NCBI RefSeq assembly: GCF_001949145.1
Contig: NW_019091362.1
Span: forward strand, 1,681,838-1,745,837
Source: Acanthaster planci
Lineage: Eukaryota
Direction: 5' to 3'
Length of the DNA: 64,000 nt
The translations under genes were made by a program, and so were the position numbers. Under the pieces are notes generated by a model, which did not search any database, was not told the origin of the DNA, and saw only the letters and a program-made list of their open reading frames with translations. Positions 50,213-64,000 of the stretch are shown here, in pieces (within the stretch, counting starts at the first letter, position 1; each line of letters starts with the position of its first letter).

Positions 50213-50625
50213 CTATTGAAAATGAGACAAAATTTCAGACTTATCGGCCCAGATTTATTACATCTCTGTTCCCCCCAAACTCTGAAACATTCGTAGTCAC
50301 GGTTCACTACTTTCCATAGTTGGAAAGCAAATGGATAGCTGGATGCAAATCGCCTTTGTAAAAGACAACAAAACTATGCAGGCCATTAAAAATTACTCCC
50401 CACAAATTAAAACAAGAAAAAAAAAACTGGCTTCAAAAGTTCATGTGTGAACTAAGTAAGCTGGTCTTTTGTGCTGACAAAGATGTCTAGGGGCACAGCT
50501 CGAGTCCAATGTTGATGAGTGCCGCTCAGTCCCGATGGTCTGATGACATGGTCCTTTATATGAACACCTTTGAATTCTCTGATGAGTTTTGTTTGGTTCA
50601 AAGAGTTGAGCGGTGCTGGAATGCT

Positions 50626-53756
<3,131 letters not shown>

Positions 53757-56313
53757 TTTGAACAGCTGTTGATGGAACCACTGCGTGTTGTCCGTAAATT
53801 GATGTCGTGTCAATTTCAAAAACTGGTTCCCCGGGCTGTTTTACACAATTTACATAGGTAGCAATTAAGGAGCCAACGAAAACATTTATCTGCTTCCCCT
53901 TCCTAATGGTGGCGCTATATCAGTCGCATGGTCTTGTTAGTTTACACAGACGTGGTTATTGATTATGTGCCTTTGGCCTGGGTCACAGACATGGTCTCAG
54001 ACCAGCAAATACAAAGACACAGTGATAAATGCACCAACTTCAAAAAATCTGGAAAAATGCTCACAAGTTTTTCACGTGTTTGAAACACATATCAAAATAA
54101 ATCTCATTTCCTCATAGTCTTTTCTGTTTTTAGTGGCCTAACCGATGACTTTTTTTTTCTTTTCCCTAGGGTGATCCTTTGTGGATAGAAATATCTTAAA
54201 AGATATTTGTATACTGGAACAGAATTGATAACATAGGCCCAAGCGTGTCTTCACCTTAGTGAATTTCGCTCAACAAAGATGGGGGGGGGTTATTGTCCTT
54301 TCTATACTAAATAATCACAGGGGCGCATGTTGCGCGGGCATAAATCCCTGGCGGACGGGATACCCCCCTCACTTTTTGAAGGGGGGGGGCTATTCAATCA
54401 CCCCCCCCACACACACACAAGTGTGTATTTGCCTGCAACCGGGGACCCCCTATTGTTCCTCTTTTGAAAGTTTTGTTTGTANNNNNNNNNNNNNNNNNNN
54501 NNNNNNNNNNNNNNNNNNNNNNNNNNNNNNNNNNNNNNNNNNCCCACACACACGCACTTTTTGTGATTAAAAAAATATTTCACTGGATTTTAAAGATTTT
54601 TTTTAGGATTTCTAGGACTGTTTGCAATAATTATCACTTAACAGGGGAAGCAATTTTATAAATCTATAAATGCAGTTCTGATATAAGATTCTGCATGAAT
54701 TTGGTACATGTTACTGTTGTACATCTTTATCATAAACATAACCCCTATATAGTGTATTGTGGTGTAGGCGCTTTTCAAATTTCCATGGTCAGGCAAGTCA
54801 CCCCCCCCCCAACCTCCCCATCCTCCAACCCCCAGTTTCCAGCACAGATTTACGCCACTGGCAGGTTCCTTTCGAATTTCCAATGACGTACTCAAAGTTG
54901 GATGTTCTGACATTCTCCATTTGGTTTTTACACCCCACCTCTTTCCCTTAAATCTTGTTTTTCTTTTTCCAACTTTTGATGCTGAAAAAAAATCAGTTAA
55001 GTCATGAAGAATGTAAGGTTTAAACATGCACGCCAAGTGCATTGATTTATGTAATTTTTCGCTCTCTGATCACTCATGACTCACAGTGGGGTAACGGGGG
55101 GGGTTCCCACTGAGGACACGTGCCCCCAGTGGATGCCCATACCGTAACCCCCCCCCCCCATTTGAAATCTGTGAATACTCTGTTGAGTGTCTATAACTAT
55201 GGAGCTGTAGCTTATTAGTGGTGCCTCCTTGAAAAAAATGTCTGCACGACCGGGTGCCCCTGGATACTTTTTACTTTTTACCTCTAATTACGCCACAGCA
55301 AATTCATGATGGAAAACGACATCCTTTTTTCTATAAGGTACATATTTTCCTTTTTCTTTTTGATTTGTCTGATCTATCTGTTAGATTTGAGCATTATAAA
55401 TTTCAACAGACTATCTTTGTGGGCCAGAAGTAAGGCTGAATTTTCATTTTTCTACTTCAATGAACCGCCACCACATTGCACGTGGCCCTTCGGCTCGGGA
55501 GTGAAGTGGATCTAGTCATCCTTGTAAAAACCCTGAGGGTGTAAAAACCCTGAGGGAAAATATGGCCTCAATGCTCAAAAGTCTGAAAAGATAAAATCGA
55601 GTTTTATCGGATTTCGGCTCATTACAACAGGCCAACATGCTCACATGACGCCTAATAGTGCTTCAATAGCCCTATAAACATGTTTAAGCACTTCTTGTAA
55701 GCTCAGGCGCATTGAGGTAGGGACTCAATCATCATTATGTAGTCCTCAAAATGAAGACAACCCTTCCGGATTTGATTAATTTCACAATGGGACTGAAAAC
55801 ACAACTGTGCGATAATTTGGCTCCAAGGTGCGCATGCTGCGTTTACCTGTGTTTGACCACACTGACCGCACCCCCAAGGCTTGTACCCAGGGAACGGTTT
55901 TGTTTTCAAGGGTAGTTTCTGGACTATGTTATGCGAAATTTGCAAGGAAATTAAAATTCACCCAAACTGATCGTACTTCCCCCAATTACAGAATGTTAAA
56001 AATGATAAGTAAATGTTCGATAAAATATCTGTCTTGAAAGTATGAGAGAGTTTGTTTAATTTTGGTATTTGTAAAATGAAATGAAAGCCGCATTTTATGA
56101 TTGACACCACAGCTCAACCAGCACGGCGCGAGACAGGTGCGAAAGTTTCCGGATGACGCCCTCTAGCGTTCATTAACAGCCAGGTGTCAGCGTGGCTGAA
56201 TGTGGTTCGCCGTTTACGAATTCGCCGGCACGGCCGGCCGCCCTGACATTGACCTAACACACTGTCGATCTGCATACAGTACAGTGGCATAGTTTACAGT
56301 TTTTGCAGAAAAT
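53757..56313. promoter_or_regulatory. Divergent intergenic/promoter region between SEC61B and ERP44
   Basis: Head-to-head start codons about 2.6 kb apart, with CpG-richer patches at both ends (53780-53960 and 56110-56340). Confidence 0.6.
54482..54542. other. Assembly gap (run of N)
   Basis: 61 consecutive N. Single Ns also occur at 44790 and 46152. Confidence 0.99.
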
Positions 56314-56358
56314 ATGGTTGCCGGCGAGCGACGAGTGGTTCGGTCTTTCGTGGATACG

Positions 56359-56409
56359 ATGGATGCAAGGTTCGTCTTGAAGTGTCTGCCGTTTGTGCTG
56401 CTGATTTTG
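56359..56409 (+). CDS. ERP44: ERP44 exon 1 (signal peptide)
   Basis: MDARFVLKCLPFVLLIL then gtaggt donor, phase 0. An in-frame upstream ATG lies at 56314. Confidence 0.75.
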
Positions 56410-59400
56410 GTAGGTGTCACTGTAGTTTTGTGGGAGATTGAGAACATTACTTCGTTGGCCTATTTGCTTCGATCTGTGAATAATGCGTTGTGAACTGAAG
56501 CACACTCCAGCAATGCAGCAGGTTTAGTGTAACATACATGCTGTAATGTACATGTACATAGGGCTTATTCAGTGACTGTGAGCATAGAGCAAGGATTCTG
56601 AGAGTGACCAGCAGAGGGTTCTTTTTTTCACAAGGCGAAAGGCCAAGGGAAGGTCCTGTCATGCCTGTCCTTTCCCCAGAACTGGGGCCCAACGTCTTGG
56701 GAACTGGACGGACGTCGAACCTGCAAGGCTGCATGGTCACTCACATGCTGTGGTCAAATGGAGGTGCTCACAGGCTGTTGGGGGGGAATGGATGTGTACC
56801 AGACGTCAGTGACCGAGTTATGCTGATGCGCTTATGGCTTTGTGCCGTTATGGGCCTACTTGCACGTGTTGGGAAGAGTTCCAACTTCCATATACGGATG
56901 CCAGTAATTATTCCCTACAGTGACCATTCAGAGAGCAAAACATGTCCAGAAAAGTTCAATTTATGAGGGAAAATACGAAGTCGTTTACTTAGAAAACATA
57001 AAAATGAGTTAAATATATATGTTCATCTTAACAATCATACACCTAGTCAGTTTTATAGATATTATTTGTTTCTTGATTTAGGTTCAAAAAGTGTATCCTC
57101 TCCGAGTGGTCCTTGGTGACCACTTCCCAGGTTGTATCATGTTATCCGGGTGGGATCCCTGGCTATATGGTGTTTCAGGTTTAATGGTGTCTGGCTAGCA
57201 CCCCTTGAACAAAGGTATAGACAAATGGGAAGAGCCACCAACATAGGGCTGGGTAGCTCAGTTCGTAGAGAACCTGTACGATATTCTGGAGGTCGCATGT
57301 TCAAATCCCGCTCCAGTTAATTTCTTTGTTCATCTTCATAAAATACTTAAAAACACTTGGAACTTTTCGGACCAATCTCCTAGGGTTTGTGCATGGGGTG
57401 TCAAGTGGCATCAGTCATGTATATATATGGAACTCTTTTCCCATATGTTTCATAGCACATCGGATATTGAACTCTTCCCCCGTCAACTAATCATTTAGCA
57501 AGCAATTCTGTAATGAAAGTAATGCTTTCTTGAAAGTTTCTTTGGTTCAGTTTTGAGTTGCTTAAGTTTGTCCTCATCATGTGAGGACACTGTAACCTAT
57601 CAAGATGTTTGAGCGATACTAGACTAGCCTAACACTCCAGAATTCATGTGTGAGTGATGTCTCGTCTCTCTACAAGCCCATGCACGCATGACCACATTTC
57701 AGCCAACTAGGATAATAATATAAAGTTTGTTAAAAACGTAAGATTTATTGCTGAACTGTTGGACTATGTTGGTCATTAAGTTCAGGATAAGGCGTGTGTA
57801 GCTGTGACTGTTGTAGACTAAGATACTCGGGCACTGTACTCTTGTCTTTCAATTTAGAGTGGGGCCTGGGGTGACTAACAGTGCCCTAGCATTCCCTGTT
57901 TACCTGTCTCACCTGTAGTACTTGTACATACACATGTACGGTAGGTCTGATGTTTGTACATGTACATGTAGGATCATGACGAATTGGGTGTGGGGTCGAT
58001 GGTATTCTTACTCTTATTCTTACAGGTGTCTCGTACGAAAAAGAGCCATCTTATCTGATTGGCTAAGTTGTTTCATGTGTAACGCATGCCCCCTTGCCAA
58101 GAACTTATAGGTTTGTGTCGGTACTCGGCGAGTCAGTACTTACATGTACATGTACATGTATGTATACATGTACGTGTACGTGTGTATGTATTGCATGCTG
58201 TTTTTTAATCTTGTGAATGAACACTCTTTTGTGTGAGACATTTTCGTACATGTCAGGCAGTGTTGTAGTCATCCCCATCACAAGTCATTTCATGACAGTC
58301 GTAAGTAGACAAAAAAAACAGTGACAAAGGGAGGCTGTTACCATTAGACTGGATGACTTACAGTGGCATTGCAGGGAGTTGTGATGGACTCAACTACACC
58401 ACTGGTAACGGGGGGATATAATTTTGCCGCTGGCTTAGACGGAGATCTGTTCTTTGGAAATCCCCCCCCCAAAGCAGTCCTAAGTTAGTGCCTTGTACAC
58501 CAAGCACAATGACACATTCATTTTATTCAATCATGGCAATTGTGTAGGACATTTTATATTTCTGTGTATTTGTTGACATGTTGGATAAATGTAGACTCTT
58601 TACTTGCTCCTATTTTCTTGACCTGGTTTCCACCACACGATGCACTGACGGTGCCAAGAAAGAAGGCAGCACAATTTCGCTACTTCTTCTTGCATTTGCA
58701 CATAACTACATGAAGCAGACAATGTGACTTCCCCCACACCTGCTCATGTGCAGTGTACATTTAGTCCACGAGGCAGATACATGTACGTTTATGATTTGAA
58801 GTAATGACGGAAAGGGGAAGATTAAAGAAGAAATCAAACTGCATTGTCCGCACATCACATGCACTGTATCTACATGTACATGTATTTGGCATTTTCAACT
58901 TCACGTTGATTGTGGAAAATGTCCCTTGTACTTCTTGAAACTTTGTCCACCTGCAGGTGTCGTCGTTTAGTCACACGTCAACCCAGACGGGGTTTACGAT
59001 GGAGCTGTCGCGATCCAACTTCGATCAAGTCATTGCCACTAACGAGGTGGTCTTTGTCAACTTCTATGCCAACTGGTAAGAAACGTGTAGGTTTGTAAGC
59101 AGTAGAGACGAATTGGGTTACTCTGGCCATTTTCGGCACTTGGCCCCTTTTGATGGCCACTAATCAATCTCCGTCTGTCTTGTCTCCTGGCAACGGATAG
59201 TATCCTCTCAGAACCAGGAGACTGTGCGCATAGAGCAGAAGGTTTTCAGGATTCCTATGCTGAAGCCGATTTTTAAATCCTTTGGTTGCGGATGTTGCTG
59301 ACTTACAGTGTACTGTGTAATACTCACATCAATAGCATGTGTCATCTGAAAATTGGACAGTGAAGATTTCATTTGAGTTGGCAGTACCAGTCCTTGTGGA

Positions 59401-62400
59401 ATGATTTTTGTCTCTGAAAACTTCTGCACAGTATGCATGGACCTCAGTGTCTCCATTCCATTTTTCAATTTTGCGTCCAAATTCTTGCATTCCACACCAC
59501 TTTAGGTAATTTCCTAGATAAGCACACACGTTCATATTCCACTCACTAAGCGGTCACATGCATACATCATTGTGACCTTAAACTGGTGTAATTTTGTGAT
59601 TTTATTTTAGGTGTGTAATTTTCCTTTTCCTAAATTGTTGGATTGTTGGACTTAAACATGATTAACGCTTAAATCAATCATTTTATTGCACAAAAAAGCA
59701 CATTTTTCTATTTTCTAAGGCAAAATCGACCCCCCCAAAAAATCATACCCCAATATATTTTTAAAAGACTCCCAAAAGTGATTCTTTTTTTCTCTCCAAT
59801 ATTAGGCATTATGAATTCTACAGACCACACACTAAGAACATTTTGCATAAAGTAGACCATACTTATCATAATTTATATGCCTTATTTCTCTTCAACCAGT
59901 AAAATTTGAACGGTTATCTCTCCGTTGTACAATTGCCCTTCAATTTTAAATGATGATGACGTTATGCACTACGATATTATACACCTTCCCACAGATACAG
60001 CTCTTTTTCTCTGTAAGTACCTCAGTAAATTTGAATCAGTTAATGAAGTCAACACATGTACTGGTACCTGTATGAGGATATTTTTTCTCTCATGTATTTG
60101 ATACAGTTTCTGTCTTGTTGCCAAGCTGTTGCAAATCTGTACACACATTCAGTGGTAGCACTTTTTAAAATGGACCAGCTGTGGCCTTGGCTGGAGTGTA
60201 ATTTACATATTGATCCTTGTCAATATTCTTGCCAATTGTTATATTGAGAGCAGTGGAACAGTGATGAATGTAAAATTAAGATCGGAATAAAAAATCTGAA
60301 CCAGAAATGAATATTTATAGGCATACAAATGTACAGTTGATTGCAATGATTCCAGGCAGAAACAGTTTGAAAATTTCATTCCAAGATGGTGTTACAAAAT
60401 TACTTGTGACTTTCATATACAGGTACGGTCCAGCTCACTTAAAATGAGAAAAAAATTAATTATGTTGATTACAAGCTGTGCGGCCAAGAATTCAAAACAT
60501 AAGTAGTAGGCTTTTGTGGATTTGATTAAACCGATTTCGAGACTTTCAGGTGTTTACTTGCAGCACCATGATTGAAACTGGAAAACCTCAGTGCTTAAAC
60601 AAAAAGGTTAGAGAATGCCTAGGTGGCATGCTTCTGTGCTACGCTCTTGAAATAAAAATTTAAATTCTCTGAAGTTATTTTGGAGGCATTCTTTGGATAC
60701 AAAAACTATTGTTTCATGTTTTTCGACACGTGATAAACAGAACGTTACGCTTTGTTTTCACAAAGGGTATGTTGGGAATATATGAAGGACTGAGGTGATG
60801 AAACAGCAAACATACGACCAAAAATGGGTCCAACTGTACTCCCTATTTGTAGGGGTGCCAAAGGCACGTGGTATACATGAATCAATCCATTCACTCATCA
60901 CAGTCCTGTCATATGCAGCATTGAAGTACCAATTATCATCAGGTCAAAGCTGGCGAAAGCAAAGACAAAATCCAGAAAAACTCTTTGTTTTGCCTTTAGT
61001 TCACTATTTCTCATAACTCAATTCTCAGTGCACTTCTGGTGAGCTTTACATGCAGACACAGTTGGTCTATGATTGCATTTTGTTACGCAAGTCTTTAAAT
61101 GCTGAATTCTGCCTTGAAAAGGACTGAATTGATTTAATACACGTATAAATTTGTGAGTTCTTTGACTTTGGTTCGTTACTCTATGAATTTGTACAATATT
61201 AAAATATGCTTTTCACCTTGATTGAATAATGAAGTCTACATTCGAGCAATACACTGTACAGATGGTATTGTTTGCCACATCAATTCTGAAATGAATGGGT
61301 TGTGCTCATAATTTTGGCATGAAAGGTTTGTTAAAATTTCAGAATGCTGAATAATAGATGTGCATTGTACAAAGAACTCCATACTCAGTAATCATTCAAA
61401 AGTGCCAATTTCAATTAATATGCAAATTTAGACTCTGCAGAGAGAAACTGGGATGGGTGTTTGGTTGCCATGGTATTTGTTCAGGTACATGTACATGTAC
61501 ATGCATGGGTACACATGAAGAGGAGAGCTGTTTATACAAACGTATGGGTGTGCAAGAAAAGGGCACAGAACGGGGTTCTGATGCTGTGAATAGTTGGCGA
61601 CGATCTCACGTACACATGCATGCATGGAGTTGTTTATACATACAGCAGTATGTTGGGCCAAGTCCTCTGGATAAAACTGAGAAACCTACATGTTAACACA
61701 GTAGCTAAGCGACAGTGACTTAACCCTAACAGTCCTCAATCCCCAACAGGTGAAGGATTGAGGACTGTTAGGGTTGATGACTTTTTAAGTGTGAAACGCA
61801 TTGCTGTAATACAGAGGAACATGCTTTACAAGGATGGTCACTTTCATACGCTGGTCCAGAAGTTGAGCTTTTGAGCGCAGTTTTAAAGGTGCATTACATG
61901 TACATGTTTGACTCTAACTCCGGTCAGAAAGGTATCAATTTCCAGCTTTGAAAAGGACTAGTGTGCGTTTCGTTTCCCCAGGTTCGAAACTATTCAACCC
62001 CCTCTGCCTAATTGCAGATACATGTACGTGTCTGTGTGCATGTGTTGAGGTTACACTTTACCAAACTCATCAGCATAGCCTCTCTGCATGTAAGGCACAT
62101 TTTACAAATGACTATTTCACAGTTACTATTCCTTTGCCTTTTTGAATGTTTGATGTTACTCTTTTTTGTGTTTTCCCCTGTTATTTTCAGGTGTCGTTTC
62201 AGTCAGATGCTGAAGCCGGTGATAGAAGACACTGCCAAGGCAGCGAGGGAAGAGTTCAGGCAACCTGGCCAAGTGGTGGTAGCGGCGGTGAACTGTGAAA
62301 CTGAAGGTTCGTTGCTTAGCTAGAAATCCTTAAGGTGCTAAGCAGATGGTTACCGTGTGTAAGTCTCTGTGCTCAACATGTAGCATTTTGGCTGGCAACC

Positions 62401-63950
62401 AGCTTTCGTTCTGGAAACGTTCTGTGATTTGTACATTTCTGTGATCAAAAATTCAGAAATTGAGTAAAAGTTCTCGAAGATGTGCTTGAAATGGGCTTTG
62501 GTCATTTGTTGTACATAATGAAACACAGCCATCACAGAGCACAGGATTGAAATCAAGTTGTAGTTTCAATCTACCAGACCTGCTGTTGCTTTAGTGCTCA
62601 ACTTCAGGGGAATCAGGTTGGTGTAGTGGGTCTTTCCTCGCCTTTCACCTCTGTGGTCCGGGTTCGATTCCTGGCTCGGTCCACACATGGATTGGGTTTC
62701 AGTCCCTGTCTGATTCTGTGGATTTCCCATTATATTCCATCATTCGTGCAACATTTCCCATTGCGTTGTTCCTTATTTTGAAAAAACTCAAACACAAGGT
62801 ATATGAGGGATCTTCGCTACAGTGCCTGAGTGTGGCCTAGTGGCACTTGACGACTCCCTTCATGCTCAACCTGCGAGGACTAGTTTGAATCTCTGTGTGC
62901 ACAAACTCAGCAGGGAATCACTCAATCATGGGGATGAGTGTAGAAATTGGGTAGCACTTTTGCGAGAGCATACGTAGATGTCTTCAGTGTCACAATGCAG
63001 GAAATCCCTGCATATTTACTTGTCATGCGTGCTAGGTGGTGAGAGTGCTGTATGTTTTATTTTTTTCAAATATTTTGAAAACAGCACAATGTAAATTGTG
63101 CTGTTTTAAATTCATTATTTGTGTTTCTGTTTTGCCAGATGCCATTGCCAAGAGGTACCATATCTCCAAGTATCCGACCCTGAAGATGTTCCGGAATGGA
63201 CAGCTGGCGAAACGGGAGTATCGATCCCAGCGATCCAAGGATGCCTTTATGAACTTCCTGAGAGACCAGGTCAAGGACAGCATCAATCAGATGCAGACCA
63301 AAGAGGATGTCCAAAAGATTGATGTGAGTCCAGAAACGTCTGTTGCCTCTGTGTCAAAGTTTGCATTTAAGATGTGACCCAGCCTTCGGAAATGAGTCGC
63401 AAGTCAAGCAGACCTACTTCTGATCTACACGTGTAGAGATCTTTTAAAGAATCGTAGGCCACATCTTTTAATAAGAACTCTTTGGGTCATAGTATTTTTT
63501 TTACTTGTTCTTTGAAATACTTGTATTTCTGGCAATGTGATTCAGATCAGTACATCTCCTCATTACATTCTTCCTGTTGAATGATGTTTCATGGAAAATG
63601 AAAACGAAAGGTTTTTCTGTTTACTTGAGGAGTGAAATAGTTAACATGGTAGGGAGGAACATGAACATCCCCTAAAACAACCCAATTCACCTCACCCCAA
63701 CCTAACCCAACCCCCTATGCTTAAATTTGGTTGCAGACAACAGACTTGTAGGAAGTCAGTGCACCATGCCAGTGATATATTTCACGGATAGAAATATTCA
63801 ATTTTGTCTGTCTTGATCCGTTCTCCTACCCTAGCAATCCAAGCGCAACATCATTGCGTACTTCAAGGCAGTGAACACAAACGAGTACTCTGTCTTCAGA
63901 CGGGTTGCAAGCGCTCTCAGAGATGACTGTTCCTTCCACGTCGGAATTGG
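56359..63950 (+). CDS. ERP44: Endoplasmic reticulum resident protein 44 (TXNDC4), 5' part; gene continues beyond the window
   Basis: Exons 56359-56409, 58957-59075, 62191-62306, 63139-63323 and 63835-63950 join in frame. Signal peptide, thioredoxin-like domain with diagnostic FYANWCRFSQML (CRFS), ISKYPTLKMFRNG, KREYRSQRS. Confidence 0.95.
57246..57332 (+). mobile_element. tRNA-derived SINE head / tRNA pseudogene (ERP44 intron 1)
   Basis: GGGCTGGGTAGCTCAGTTCGTAGAG...GGAGGTCGCATGTTCAAATCCCGCTCCAG has A and B boxes at tRNA spacing, but the anticodon and T stems are mismatched. Confidence 0.65.
58957..59075 (+). CDS. ERP44: ERP44 exon 2
   Basis: VSSFSHTSTQTGFTMELSRSNFDQVIATNEVVFVNFYANW; ctgcag / gtaaga. 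Confidence 0.93.
61720..61777. mobile_element. Tiny TTAA-flanked palindromic element (copy 3 of 3), ERP44 intron 2
   Basis: ttaaCCCTAACAGTCCTCAATCC-ccaacaggtgaa-GGATTGAGGACTGTTAGGGtt, with perfect arms. Confidence 0.75.
62191..62306 (+). CDS. ERP44: ERP44 exon 3 (CRFS active-site motif)
   Basis: CRFSQMLKPVIEDTAKAAREEFRQPGQVVVAAVNCETE; ttttcag / gttcgt. Confidence 0.95.
62607..62730 (+). mobile_element. tRNA-derived SINE fragment (ERP44 intron 3)
   Basis: A-box TGGTGTAGTGG and B-box GGTTCGATTCC, followed by a non-tRNA body (catggattgggtttcagtccc...ggatttccc). Confidence 0.65.
63139..63323 (+). CDS. ERP44: ERP44 exon 4
   Basis: DAIAKRYHISKYPTLKMFRNGQLAKREYRSQRSKDAF...VQKID; ccag / gtgagt. 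Confidence 0.96.
63835..63950 (+). CDS. ERP44: ERP44 exon 5
   Basis: QSKRNIIAYFKAVNTNEYSVFRRVASALRDDCSFHVGIG; ctag / gttagt. Confidence 0.92.
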
Positions 63951-64000
63951 GTTAGTCGTAGATACGGGAAATTGTAGCAAGCAGTGGCATTGGAGAGTCT

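Noticed and set aside
57246..57320. Functional tRNA gene
   Set aside because: Anticodon and T stems are mismatched and the context is repeat-like; treated as SINE/pseudogene.

Overview
Intron-rich eukaryotic (metazoan) DNA, AT-rich and dense in repeats. The repeat style suggests a marine invertebrate, possibly an echinoderm (weak inference). Three spliced genes can be rebuilt from GT/AG boundaries with consistent phases. (1) GPD2, mitochondrial FAD-dependent glycerol-3-phosphate dehydrogenase: + strand, 14 coding exons, 27189-44229, 724 aa, complete, with C-terminal EF-hands. (2) SEC61B: - strand, 4 coding exons, about 53756-50626, 101 aa, absent from the ORF track in its true frame. (3) The 5' part of ERP44: + strand, 5 exons from 56314/56359, running off the window, with the CRFS motif. 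SEC61B and ERP44 are head-to-head; GPD2 and SEC61B are convergent. The first ~20 kb has no recognisable coding exon but carries CRE motifs and candidate minus-strand first exons. Mobile DNA includes a decayed CR1/L2-type LINE, an RTE 3' fragment, tRNA-derived SINEs and many MITEs/foldbacks. One inverted-repeat element carries a Penelope-type minimal hammerhead ribozyme motif. The main observations are the GPD2-SEC61B-ERP44 linkage, which joins neighbours of human NR4A2 and NR4A3 and predicts an NR4A gene nearby, and the hammerhead-bearing element family. Nearly all other ORFs in the supplied track are spurious.
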